DNA of 64,000 bases from Mayamaea pseudoterrestris (lineage: Eukaryota): the NCBI GenBank assembly GCA_027923505.1, contig BROI01000022.1:62001-126000 (forward strand), in the 5' to 3' direction. Position numbers and translations under genes: made by a program. The first letter of the stretch is position 1, and each line of letters opens with the position of its first letter. Under the pieces are notes generated by a model. That model had not been told where the DNA came from, did not search any database, and saw only the letters and a list, made by a program, of their open reading frames with translations. Shown one piece after another: positions 13,883-25,339 of this stretch.

Positions 13883-14954
13883 ATGAGGAGCTTCTTGCTG
13901 GTAGTCGCGAGTGCGTTGCACTTGCTTTGCTCTGGCGTCTCGGCCACCGACATTAATTCTCCTTCCTCGTCGTCACACTGGAAACTTCCATCAAACACTC
14001 ATGCCGTCGTGACGGGAGGAACCAAGGGGATCGGAAAGGCAATTGTGGAAGAGCTTGCCAGTCCACTGGGTTTGGGTATCAAGGTACTCACTTGCGCCCG
14101 CCATCAGCAAGATTTGAATGCGCGCCTCGACGAATGGAAGGCAAAGGGCATGGATTGCACGGGCATCGTTGCCGACTTGTCGAGCAAGGCAGGTCGAGAT
14201 GACTTTGTAAAGGCAGTAAGAGACTGGCTTGGAGAAAAGCCTCTTGATATTCTCGGTAGGTCAATATTGAATGAGTGTTTGCTAACGATGGCCTAGCCAA
14301 GTTCGTGCCATATTCAACGAATTATGCATCGTTTCTTTACTCAGTGAACAACGTCGGAACCAATGTTCGAAAGGCTTCAGTTGATTATACAGACGAGGAT
14401 GTCGAGTTCGTGTGGCGAACCAACTTTCACAGCATGTTTGCCTTGACATGCGCCTGTCACGACCTTCTGATTCGTACGAAGGACGACGGTCGAACAAGCA
14501 GCGTTGTGAACATTGGTAGCGTCGCCGGTGTCACGTGCATCAAGACTGGCACACCGTATGCTAGTACAAAGGCGGCCATGAATCAGGTACGAGGATGAAC
14601 ATGGCTAAGATGTGTACAGTCGTGTCCAGCAGATGGAGTTGCCCACTCACCCCGTTGCTTCCTTTGCAGGTGACGGGAAATTGGGCATGCGAATGGGGAC
14701 CCAAAGGCATACGAGTCAACTGCGTTGCACCTTGGTACATTAACACGGAACTGGCTCAGCAAGTGCTCAAGGATGCGCAGTACAAAACATCTGTTCTTGA
14801 GCGAACGCCACTTGGGCGAGTCGGAGAGCCGACAGAAGTGGCCTCACTCGTTGCCTTTCTTTGCTTGCCGGCGTCAGGCTACATTACAGGCCAGGTTATT
14901 GCTGTCGATGGAGGGTTCAGCCGGAATGGCTACTACGACAGCTTTTACCCATAG
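13883..14954 (+). CDS. Tropinone-reductase-like short-chain dehydrogenase (exons 13883-14255, 14345-14586, 14670-14954)
   Basis: TGGTKGIG, spliced LVNNVGTN, YASTK catalytic motif, [24 protein letters not shown]. Two GT-AG introns restore the frame. N-terminal signal peptide. Confidence 0.92.
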
Positions 14955-15310
14955 CTGCAGACACTACAGAAGCCGTCGAATGTGGACAACCACCGACCGA
15001 CCACCGGTACGGCGGCCCATATTTCATCCATTGCTAGAACATAGTTTGAAAATAAACGAATATGATTCAAAAATATTATTGAAGTTTACTTTCAACGAAT
15101 GTGGCCGATATTCAAGTTTGCAGAAGTCGGCGAGCGGGGTGGTGGAGCGACTTGACACGAAATCGTGTTCAACTTCACAGTCAAAATGGTGTAGTAACTT
15201 GGGTAGAACCATAACTGAAGCACATTGTTTGCCGCTTGTTCTCTCCGTTTGTTGCTGCACATCACAAACGTCGCAAAGAAGTTGCAACTTTATTGCGTGT
15301 TCAAGTAAAC

Positions 15311-17705
15311 ATGCCATCAGTCCGTGCTGTGATCGCTCGCAAGAGTTCTGCCGTGGCGGCTACGTTGCCCAACGGTGTGGCACAGCCCTTGAAAAGAAAA
15401 AGAAAGAGATTGGTTGAGAGCTCGGCCACTTTAATGGCAAGTCCCGACTCCGATAATAATGTACATGTGACCGACGCTATGTCGAACTTTAGAGCAAAGC
15501 GAATGCGTAGATCTACGAACGAAGCCTCCGAGCAAGCAGTGGCCACACAACCCCTGCACGTGCAGGATGGCGCTTGCAAAATTGCTAAGAATGGCCGGAC
15601 TACCAATGGCAAGCGTAAAAGTCAATCAAACGGATCAATAACTAATGATCTTAATGTAAGTTTCGTCTTCTAGAGCGCGATTTGCCCAAAAGCCGCTGCA
15701 TATCATCAATTCGCTCAACGATTCCATGTACTCACGTTAGAATCATCAGCCTCGTGAGCACTTAAATGTCGCTCAAGCGGGCTCGATCGAAGCATGCGCA
15801 GCAATATTAGCGTCAATTGATGAGCGCGCATATTCTAGAGCTGTTCTTCGTGATGCGGATGCCTTATTGCATCGTGTAGTGTTGCCCATGAGCTTCCCTT
15901 GGTTCCAGTCCAGCGAAGAAGAGATTTCGCAGGTAATCGCGAGAGACATAGATGAGTTAAATGGAATCGTCACCGCAAATGAACAGCATGTCCCAAATGG
16001 TACTTGTTGCAGCGACGATATCACGGCTTCTGTGCGAAGGACAAGTGATCCCGGTGTACTAGAGCTGACTTCCTTCACCCAACCTTTAAAACGTCTAGTC
16101 CAGCCTCCGTTTGTTGGGCCGACTTGTCCGACAGACAATCCTTTGCATCCTGGCGAGCTTTCTTTGCGAATGTTCCATGATATACGATCAAGGGACCGCG
16201 TGAAGCGCGAGTTGGAAACCCGGCGGCGCAAGAGAACTTACATCTCCTTCAACATTGCGTCTACCAGTAGTCGTTCTACAATATTTGATCCTCACCATGA
16301 AACTCTACAGCCACTTCTTTTGGCAGCGATTCTTCCCCATGAGGTCTTTCGTGGGGCGAGGACTACAAAATTGAATGCTGAAGAGATTGCCGCGCATTTC
16401 GGCTCATATGATTGCAGATACGGACTTGCCGAGCAAAAGGATGGAATCAAACGTTATAGAGCAGGTCGCACGAGAAAAGTTTGGACAAAAAAGGTTCCTT
16501 CTGCGTTCATGCCAGTGTCGATGCTGACCGGTGAGTCTATGACGCCAAGCACTTGGAGGAGACCGAGAGATGTTAGAGTTGGCATTCGGATTAATGGGTC
16601 ATTACTGGCAACGAGTACGGACCCTGACAGGCTCGAGGCTAATGAAATTATTGACGATGCTATTGTTGCAGCTTACGCGGTGCCTGATGAATCTTCTTTC
16701 ATCGACCGACAACTGCAGTGTCGCCTCGATGTAGATTCATTTCTGGCCGCTTCATTTACCAAGGGTCGAGCGCTAAAGGCTGCGCAAGGTGTGGAAACTC
16801 TTCAAATCACAGCCTCTGTGATCTACAACGAGAGTGCTGTCGTTCTTTCCGTAGTGCCTCCAGTGATAGACTGTTTTCCGTCAGACGGCGGTATGCTGTA
16901 CACGACATGCACGGCACCGGGTGCCATCTCGCGTTGCCCCCAGGCCGATGCGAATGAACCAATATCTTCAGTCCTTGACTTGACGGCATCGAATTACAAA
17001 ATATGCACTATTTGCTGGGCGCCCTCTTTTGGCAAAATACTTGAGAATAGTGAGTGTCCACTATTGAGCCAATGCGTCGGATGTGGCTTGGTGGTGCATT
17101 CGCAGTGCTACGGAGGCCGGAATCCCCTTGGATTTGGATGGAAGTGCGACGCATGCCTCGAGTGGACATTAGAAAATCAGGGCAAGGACTGTAACGAATC
17201 AATCTTTAAACAACATCGCTGGAGTATTTCTTGTTCCGATTGTGGAATACGAGGCAGCTCTTTGATCCGTCGCGACGATGGCAAATTTGTCCACAACACT
17301 TGCCGTATTTGGAAGCCACCAAAGCCTGCAGCCGTCGCCCGATCATGTGCACTCTGCGGAACTTACTCAACCTTTCTTGTCCGCTGTGCGGCAAGAAATT
17401 GTCTCGTTGAATTCCATCCTTTGTGTGCACTGATTGCTTCCAACGCTGCAGATCTGCAGCATCAAGACCCAAATCGAACGCCAAACGTTGCGACAAGCAG
17501 CGCGGTCCAGTTGGACCAGTTCCTATGCACTCAATATCGACTTGCTCATCTCGAGGTGGGCTCTCGAGCATCCGAAACAGTCGAGACGGTCCCTGTGGCC
17601 TTTTGTGGGCTCCACAATCGCGACCGACGTGACGATCTTTACGGTCTTCCGGCGGGAGGCAAGTATCTGGAAGGGACGATGCACATTCCTCCACTGTTGC
17701 GATAG
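15311..17705 (+). CDS. Nuclear PHD/extended-PHD (PZP-like) zinc-finger protein (exons 15311-15655, 15741-17705)
   Basis: CTIC...CVGC..VHSQCYG...WKCDAC followed by CSDC..HNTC..CALC...C...C..FHPLC...FCGLH. NLS-like KRKRKR. In-frame GTAAGT..TAG intron. Confidence 0.8.
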
Positions 17706-17793
17706 ATACTGAAGTCCTTCGATTGTCTACTGTGCTGACTAGTCTTTTGAAACCTGAAGATCAGTCAGTCGTAAAGTACGTCTGATAAATGCG

Positions 17794-19313
17794 CTACAGA
17801 TTAAATAGATTAAGCGAGAGCGCCATGATAAACATTCCCACCATAAAGGAAAAGGTGGCAACCTTGTCGTTCGGATCGTACCGATGCGCCGTTGGTAACA
17901 GTTCTCTGGCGGCTACAATGACCAACATACCGGAAACAATTCCAAAAAGTGATCCAAACATTGTTGGTGTAAAGGAATTGGCCAGCACGGCCCATCCGAG
18001 CAAGGCCGCTAGTGGTTCCGATACAGCCGAAAGGCAAGCCCATGTAAACGCTTTTAATTTGTTGCCCGTGGCATAGTAGACCGGAAGTGCAACGCAGAGT
18101 CCCATTGGTACATTGTGAATGGCAATGGCAACGGCCAGTACGCCGCCAACCTTGGGGTCGGACAAGGTTGCCACGAATGTCGCCAGCCCTTCTGGAAAAT
18201 TGTGTAATGCTGCGAGTGTAGCAATTGGAGTATTAGTAGCGCTATCAGAACAAATTTAATCGCGAACTTTTAAACGACTTACCAATCGCTAGAGCCGTGT
18301 TTATTCCCATTTTCAAAAGAGCCTTGTCGCGTGGTGGATGTGCATGGTGTTGATTATGTGCATGATCGTGATGCGAGTGACTTGCGGCGTGCTCACTCGT
18401 TTGCTCGTCAAGTACTCCTCCTTCCATCACTGGTACAGATATATCAGTAGCTATCTGTTCACTTTCACAACCATTCTCTATTTCGTCGCCTATTGCAGCC
18501 TCTGCCAATTCCTTGTCATCCATTTCCGTCCCTGCTCGAGAGCACGTTCCTTGGTCGCAGCATGCTTCTTCTTGACAGCCGTCTTGCGCAGTTGTCAAAT
18601 CCCAATTTCGATGCTCCTTTTGTTGAAAGTTGTCAATCTCCTGGGCCATGCGCTGAATGCGCTCCAAGTCGCAGACTGGATCCGACGAGCAGCAGGGGCA
18701 GGCCGACGTTCCCAAATTTGTGGAGTGCGATGACTCACAGGGGCGCTCGAGACAAGCGTCGGCCGATGTCACTGCTGCGGAATGATTATCGTTGCTCTTG
18801 CTTTGTTGCACTGGAACGTCATGATGATGGTGATCATGATCGTGATGGTGGTGATGATGATGTTGATGTCCCCCTTTTCCATGCAGGAGGCAAGTCACAA
18901 GTAGATTCAGCAGCTGAACAATGCACGAGGTAGAACGTCAGAGTAAATTCGAGCATCACAGATATCATACATTCTTTCTGGATGTATACGGTACGTACCA
19001 CCATGAGTATTAATCCTCCAAAGAAACATCCTGTTGCCAAGGCGTACGCTACCCCATCATCGTACCCCGCCTGCAGAAACGACTCGGTCGCTTCGGGAAA
19101 CATGTCCACCAGCGCCAAGTAAATCAAAACACCCGCTGAAAAGCCAAGTCCACTCGCCAAGACGCGCTTGGATGCCAGCTTGACGAGCGATGGAACAAAG
19201 ACAACGGCGGCGCCGACCGCAGTGCAGGCGCCAGCCGCAAAGGTCAATCCAATGGCAATGCCAACGTTTTCATTGCTGCTGGTACTGGATGATGATGTCG
19301 TTTCTCCTGACAT
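17794..19313 (-). CDS. ZIP (ZupT/GufA-like) metal transporter, paralogue 1 (exons 19313-18999, 18913-18283, 18209-17794)
   Basis: Spliced ALHNFPEG (TM4), HNVPMG (TM5), SEPL (TM6), ELLP. Long His/Cys-rich loop. Both introns GT-AG and at the same positions as in the neighbouring paralogue. Confidence 0.9.
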
Positions 19314-19626
19314 GCTGCTGATGCTGCTGCTGCTGATGCTACCCAATAATCTATATTCAATCTATTTTAGAATTTCGTTGCAGGAAAGAAGCAAGTCGAA
19401 AGGGCCTCCTCATGGTGAAACGGGCTGCATGGAAAATCGCGTGGATGCGGAGGTGACGCGGGAAAGAACGAATGACTCATGAAAGTTCGTTTTCACTGAC
19501 CGAGCTGCGTGGATTGAGCTACCGGTAGCTATCCGTGCCGTACCGGTATCATACATGCTCCTTGACCAATAACGGATGATTGCGAGACAAAAAAGTGTCA
19601 AAACTGGTTAACTCACTTATCCTTTC

Positions 19627-21068
19627 TTACAACAAAAACAAGGTCAGCGAAAGCGCCATGATGAACATGCCCGCCATGAATGAGTATGTCACCACGGAAT
19701 CTTCGGGATCATAGCGATGAGCCGTTGGTAGCAATTCGCGCGCACTAATTATCACCATCATGCCTCCCACCAAACCAAAGAGTGTGGCATACATGGTGTC
19801 CGTAAATGAGTTTGCCAAGACGGCCCATCCAAGCAGGGCAGCGAATGGTTCGGAAATGCCACTAAGGCAAGCCCAGGTAAAGGCCTTCCATTTGTTGCCC
19901 GTCGCATAGTAAATCGGTAAAGCCACGCACAGGCCTTCTGGTATGTTGTGAATGGCAATGGCGACGGCTAGAACCACCCCAACCTTGGGGTTGTCCAAGG
20001 CAGCAACAAATGTAGCGAGTCCTTCGGGGAAGTTGTGCAGTGCTGAATATTTGACGAATTGGTGCAGATGGTGAGGGAAATAGAGACAAACGACCAAAAC
20101 TTTGGCTTGTGCAACATTGTTAGACGTACCAATTGCAAGCGCCGTATTAATGCTCATTTTGACAAGTGCCTCGTCGTGAACATGTTGCGGCGCACTCTCA
20201 ACCGCTTTGATTCGTTCATCATCGACGACAGCACCACCGTCTCCTGCACCTTTGTCTGCAGTATCTGTAGGTGGTAAATTCGCACTTTGTGGCGCTACAG
20301 TAGCGTTTTTACTCGGCACGCTACAATCAGCAGAACATGTTCCTTGCTCGCAGCAAGCTACTTCTTGCTCCTGTTCTCGCTCATGCGCAGCTGCAGGATC
20401 CCAATCATGATGTACCTTGTGAACAAAGCGGTCCATTTGCTCTGCCATTTGCTGCATTCGATCTAAATCCCCAACTGGATCATTCGAGCAGCAGGCGCAG
20501 GCAACCATTTCGGCAGCGTCTGGTTGATTCGTTGGAGGTGCATCACCGTCTTGGTCCTCCGTCGCGTCTGTGCGCTGTTGAAAGGCATTATTATTCTTTC
20601 CGTTAGTCTCGACTGGAATGTCGTGGCTGTGATGATGACCGCCAAGACCTTTTAGTAGCCATGTCACGATTGCATTGAGTAGCTGATATGAATAAGAAGA
20701 AGCATGTTGGATGAGCAAGTGGTTTTAGAATGACGCATTGACGATGAATCCAGTAGTCAATTCCTCTCATGACTTACAATCATGAATACAACGCCACCAA
20801 AGAAACACCCAGTCGCCAGAGCATACGCCGTTCCTTCCTCATGTCCAGCTGCTTGAAAGGCCAAGTTTGACTTTCTAAAAATCTCGACAAAGGAAACATA
20901 CGTCATGACGCCTGCCGAAAGGCCGAGTCCACCAGCAAGGACGCGCTTGGAGGCAAGCTTGACCAGTGATGGCACAAAGACAACGGCAGCGCCCAATCCA
21001 GTGGCTGCGCCTGCTCCACATGTCAAGGCAAAGGCAATGCCAACATTGGGGTTGTCATTGACAGTCAT
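19627..21068 (-). CDS. ZIP (ZupT/GufA-like) metal transporter, paralogue 2 (exons 21068-20778, 20682-20130, 20042-19627)
   Basis: Canonical GVMTY (TM2), HNFPEG (TM4), HNIPEG (TM5), SEPF (TM6). His/Cys-rich loop. GT-AG introns. Confidence 0.93.
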
Positions 21069-21513
21069 TGTAAATGGTTGTTGAGATGAGTGAGGGTCGA
21101 AATAATGTCGAATTTAAAAACAGATCGGTCTGTGCTTCTACCGGTAGCCAAGAGAGTCTTTCCAAATTGAGCCTTCCTGCTATTGCATTTGCGTTATTGG
21201 CGTGACAATACAGTACGTTAATTGAAAGTCTGTTCTTGATAACCAATTGCAGACTGCTCGTTCAAGTCTCGTCGACGACAAGGTTGAAGCGGCGAGATCG
21301 TTCTTTTGGCCATGGAAGGCGAGCGGTTGCGCAGCGACGCGTCGATCGTGTCGTGCGAACGAATGATACTTACCATCTTTTCAGTCGCGCTTACAATCAT
21401 GTGAGTCTTTGTGAGACATCATTCAGCCAATCACAGCGCATCAAAGGCATCTTCGATTCGACAAAGCACGCCTCATCAATGTTCACCATGGAAAGTCACC
21501 TGCTGTACCAAGC

Positions 21514-23636
21514 ATGCTACGCCACCTGACCCGTCTAGTAGAGCAGAGAAAGTTGGGTTTTTCATTAGCTTGCATGACGGCACATGCAAAGAAACTATCG
21601 AATGGCGCGAAAGTGAATGAAGCAACCCACCGACAGTTTGCCTCTCACGCATTCACTTTCATTGACTGTCACGGCGACTACCGAGATGAATTACACCTTG
21701 AGAATCCTTGTCTTCCCCTCTACTCGAATCAAGCAAAGCTTCCTCGACTGCCCATTCCATCCCTTGAAGAAACTGCCGAGAACTTTCTTCAATCGGCGCT
21801 TCCCCTCGCCAAATCCAAGGAGCAAGTTGACACTTTGCTTGCTGCCGCAAAGGTTTTTCCAGAGCAAGCAGCTCACTTGCAACAACGCCTCTTGCAGCGC
21901 CGTCAAGAATACAATGACTCATCGTGGCTGCAGCATTGGTGGAACGAGCAAGTCTACTTGCAATGTCGGGATGCGCTCTTTTACAGTTCCTTCTTTTACC
22001 GTCTTGCATACGACGATTCCTGTCGTCGCGACGGAACATTGCGAGCGGCGGCGGCGCTGCAAGCCTTGACAATCTTGTCGCAAAGGGTTTGTTCGGGTCG
22101 AATGCCGCCGGATACTGCTGGTCGCAGTAAGATTCCGCTTTGCTCGACGCAGTACAAATATTTGTTTCATTCTTGTCGCATTCCGCAACCAAAGCAAGAC
22201 TTGTACCGCATTTACAGTCCCAATACAATTACGCCAACGCCTATACGATTGCATGTAGCAGTGGCTTGCAAGGGTCAGTTCTACAAGGTATATGTGACGG
22301 ACGACGATGGAAGAGTCTATTGTCGAGCTGCTTTGCAGAAGGCATTACGAAAGTGCAGGGAACAATCCATGCGTGACCACGACAAGGCGCTGCCGGAGCT
22401 CGGGTGGTTGACCGCCACGAACCGAAACACTTGGTCTGATACTTACAAAATAATCACGAACGATGCACAACTATCGACTGCCTTGCATGACTTGCAGAGT
22501 GCGCTGTGTATACTAAGTCTGGATGACAATCCAGACGATCCAACTTGCGTCCCGACGGAGGCGCAACATGCAGCGCAAATTTGGCATGGCAATATCACCA
22601 ACTCGGCCAATCGATGGATGGACAAGTCCATGCAAATAACAGTGAATGAGATTGGGGGTCTTGGATACGTTGGAGAACATTCCATGATGGACGGTGTAAG
22701 TGTGTGATTATGTGACCAATATAAACCAAAAAACCTTTTTCTGATATCTCGCCTTTCTCATTCATATAGATGCCGGCAATGATGGTATCACACTACTTGA
22801 TGAACCAAGGCCGTGTCGACCGAGGCGATGCGAAAAATACGTCGCCAGTCAATGTATTACCGGACGAGCCAGTCAACATTTTCAAATCAGCTTTCCGAGC
22901 GCTCGACCCATCCCTCCAACGCGAAGTTGAGACGCGTGTCCATGCTGCCCGGCAGGAGGCAACAGATATCATCTTGAATTACGGCATTGATGTGCTGACA
23001 TTTCAGCATTTTGGCAGTGACACCATCAAGATGACTGGCTGCTCTCCCGATGCGTTTGCACAAATGGCGATTCAATTAGCATGCTATAGAATCTATGGAG
23101 AGCAGGTTGGAACGTACGAGGCAACGCAGATGCGTGCCTTTCTGCACGGCCGGACGGAAACGACGCGCAGTGTCTCCTTGGCCAGCCAGGCGTTTGTGAA
23201 AGCCATGTGCGCGTCAAACATTGACGACTCCAAAAAGCACGAACTACTGCTTCAAGCATGTAAGGTGCACGCGGAAACTACGCGCAAGGCAGCAGGCGGC
23301 ACTGGAGTTGATCGCCATTTCTATGGCTTGACAAATGTTTTAAAGCCCGGTGAGCCAACGCCATCCTTGATAGATCATGAGTTAACAAAAGTATCCAAGC
23401 GATGGAAGGTTTCGACCAGCACAGTCCCCGGCGTTCAGTGTGGGTTCAGCAGCGTTGAGCACGACGGAGTCGGCATTGGCTATGATGTGAAGGGAAAACA
23501 AATTGTTTTTACTGTAACAGGACAATCGAAGGTTGTAAACGTTCGCTGTCTGAATAAGCTCCTGTCGGATGCGCTCAATGAAATGATGCATGTCGCTCAA
23601 CAGGGACACTTTATACAACCTACCAGCAGGTTGTAA
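21514..23636 (+). CDS. Choline/carnitine O-acyltransferase (exons 21514-22695, 22770-23636)
   Basis: LPRLPIPSLEET, SWLQHWW, NRWMDKS, catalytic EHSMMDG|MP across the intron, SPDAFAQMAIQLA, YEATQMRAFLHGRTET, GVDRH, VSTS. C-terminal SRL. Confidence 0.93.
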
Positions 23637-24092
23637 GTCGCAAAGCATATAACAGCCAGAATGCAACAAAACACATTAAAAGTTTTTGTCTTTGTCGTAT
23701 AGATAATAGTAAGCTATAGAGCACATGTGGCTTTATGACACATCGCCTGTTGTCTATAGTTGTTATATTGCAGTTATGGCGTCTTTCAACAAATTCGAGC
23801 ATGTGCCTCGCGTATATATGGCAATGGGGAGCACGCTCACTTCCTTGGAGAAAAAGCAAGGTAATTGGCGTGCTGTTTCCGTCCAACGAATGCTGCAATC
23901 TACAGCAACCGAGTCACAAAGCATATGCAAGCTATTTTAAATGGCTCCGGCGAAAGTCGAAAACAAGTAGACCATCTGCCATGATGCAAACCAAGGGGGA
24001 TAAAAAATTAACAGGCTGTTATTTTATCTCCCTTGATGCAAACCATGTTGCTATGAAACAAATGTGAAATTTCCAGGATACTACATCGGCGA

Positions 24093-25082
24093 CTACAATA
24101 CGTTTGGGTCGTCCCATCGTGTCTCTCCAGCCGCATTGTAGTAGTAAGTCTTGTTACTGGCAGCGTCAGTTGCCGACTTCCATTCACTCGTAACCTCTTC
24201 ATCCTTTTTTGCAGAAACAGCAACATCAAATGGCTTTTCCCATGTTCGCTCACCAGTGGTTCGATTAAAGTAGTATGGCAGTTTCGTCGCTACATCCGTG
24301 GCTTGCTCCCATCCAAGCGGCAACGCTACTTGATGTACTTGTCGCGACTGCAGCAATGCGGCAATTTGCTCCAATGGATGATTGCTAGTTTCCACAAAAG
24401 TGGGTGGTGCATTCTTCGTTTTGCTCTTTTTGCGAGATTGCTCCGGCTGATTGTCGCCTGCGTCTTGACTTTCGGCGGGACGCTTTTCAAACGTATTGGC
24501 AGCATCCTTTACGCCACTGATCTCTTGAACCACGTCACTGCTGCCTATCACTGAAGTTGCATCAGCATTTTCTAGTCGCTTGACTGAATCGGATCCATCC
24601 CAATAGTAGCCAGTGCCTCGTTCTGGTCGTGTCGTAAACACATAGTCAAACTTTGACCCAGCAAAGGTTTGACTCGGAATAAAGTACTCTTGCTCGTCCG
24701 GCCGAATCTTGCTTTGAATGCGCTTGATTTGCTTCTTGGTGAGTCCAGCTTGTTGCTGTTGCTGCGATGAGGAGGAAAAGGCGGTGTAGCGTTGGTGAAG
24801 CGGAGCGTCGCTTCGCTCGCGTCGCAATGACTCTTCATGCTTTTGTTCGTCTTTCCAGGATGCAAATCCAGAAGCTCGTTGACTTTTACTCAATGGAGCC
24901 ATGGGAGCAGATGATTGTAGACGACGAGTCGTTGTTGTATTTAACTTTTTGTCTTGACGAAAGTTTTGCCATTGGAGAGCCTGGTTGCTACCTGAGACAG
25001 GCTTGGAGACGAGCTCGTCAACCTTTTGAAAGACATTGTAGGCGTCAGCCGTATCCTTTGATTGTCCTTGGTTTTGGCTCAT
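24093..25082 (-). CDS. Tandem WW-domain protein
   Basis: LPLGWEQATD...YYFNRTTGERTWEKP and EWKSATD...YYYNAAGETRWDDP. Start at MSQNQ is inferred. Confidence 0.85.
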   Translation of the reverse strand: MSQNQGQSKDTADAYNVFQKVDELVSKPVSGSNQALQWQNFRQDKKLNTTTTRRLQSSAPMAPLSKSQRASGFASWKDEQKHEESLRRERSDAPLHQRYTAFSSSSQQQQQAGLTKKQIKRIQSKIRPDEQEYFIPSQTFAGSKFDYVFTTRPERGTGYYWDGSDSVKRLENADATSVIGSSDVVQEISGVKDAANTFEKRPAESQDAGDNQPEQSRKKSKTKNAPPTFVETSNHPLEQIAALLQSRQVHQVALPLGWEQATDVATKLPYYFNRTTGERTWEKPFDVAVSAKKDEEVTSEWKSATDAASNKTYYYNAAGETRWDDPNVL

Positions 25083-25339
25083 GCTGTAACTGCTGTAAGG
25101 TCGACTACCGTGAAGACGAGGTAAAGTAATGTAATGTCCGCAATGGTTGTCGTCGAGCAATCCTTCGGTCATGGAAGCCATCTTACCGGTACTCGACATC
25201 TGTTACTGTTCGTTTTCATACGCGCAAGAGACCACGCGATGCCATGCATCCAACTCGCGACAGCCAATTGTTCTTTGCCATGGCAGCATCTCATTGTCCT
25301 TGACAACCACTTTATAGCTGACGAGAAGAAAAGTCAACA

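Noticed and set aside
20043..20129. 29-aa insertion in TM4 of ZIP paralogue 2 as shown in the ORF track
   Set aside because: It is an 87-bp stop-free GT-AG intron at the same position as the intron in paralogue 1.
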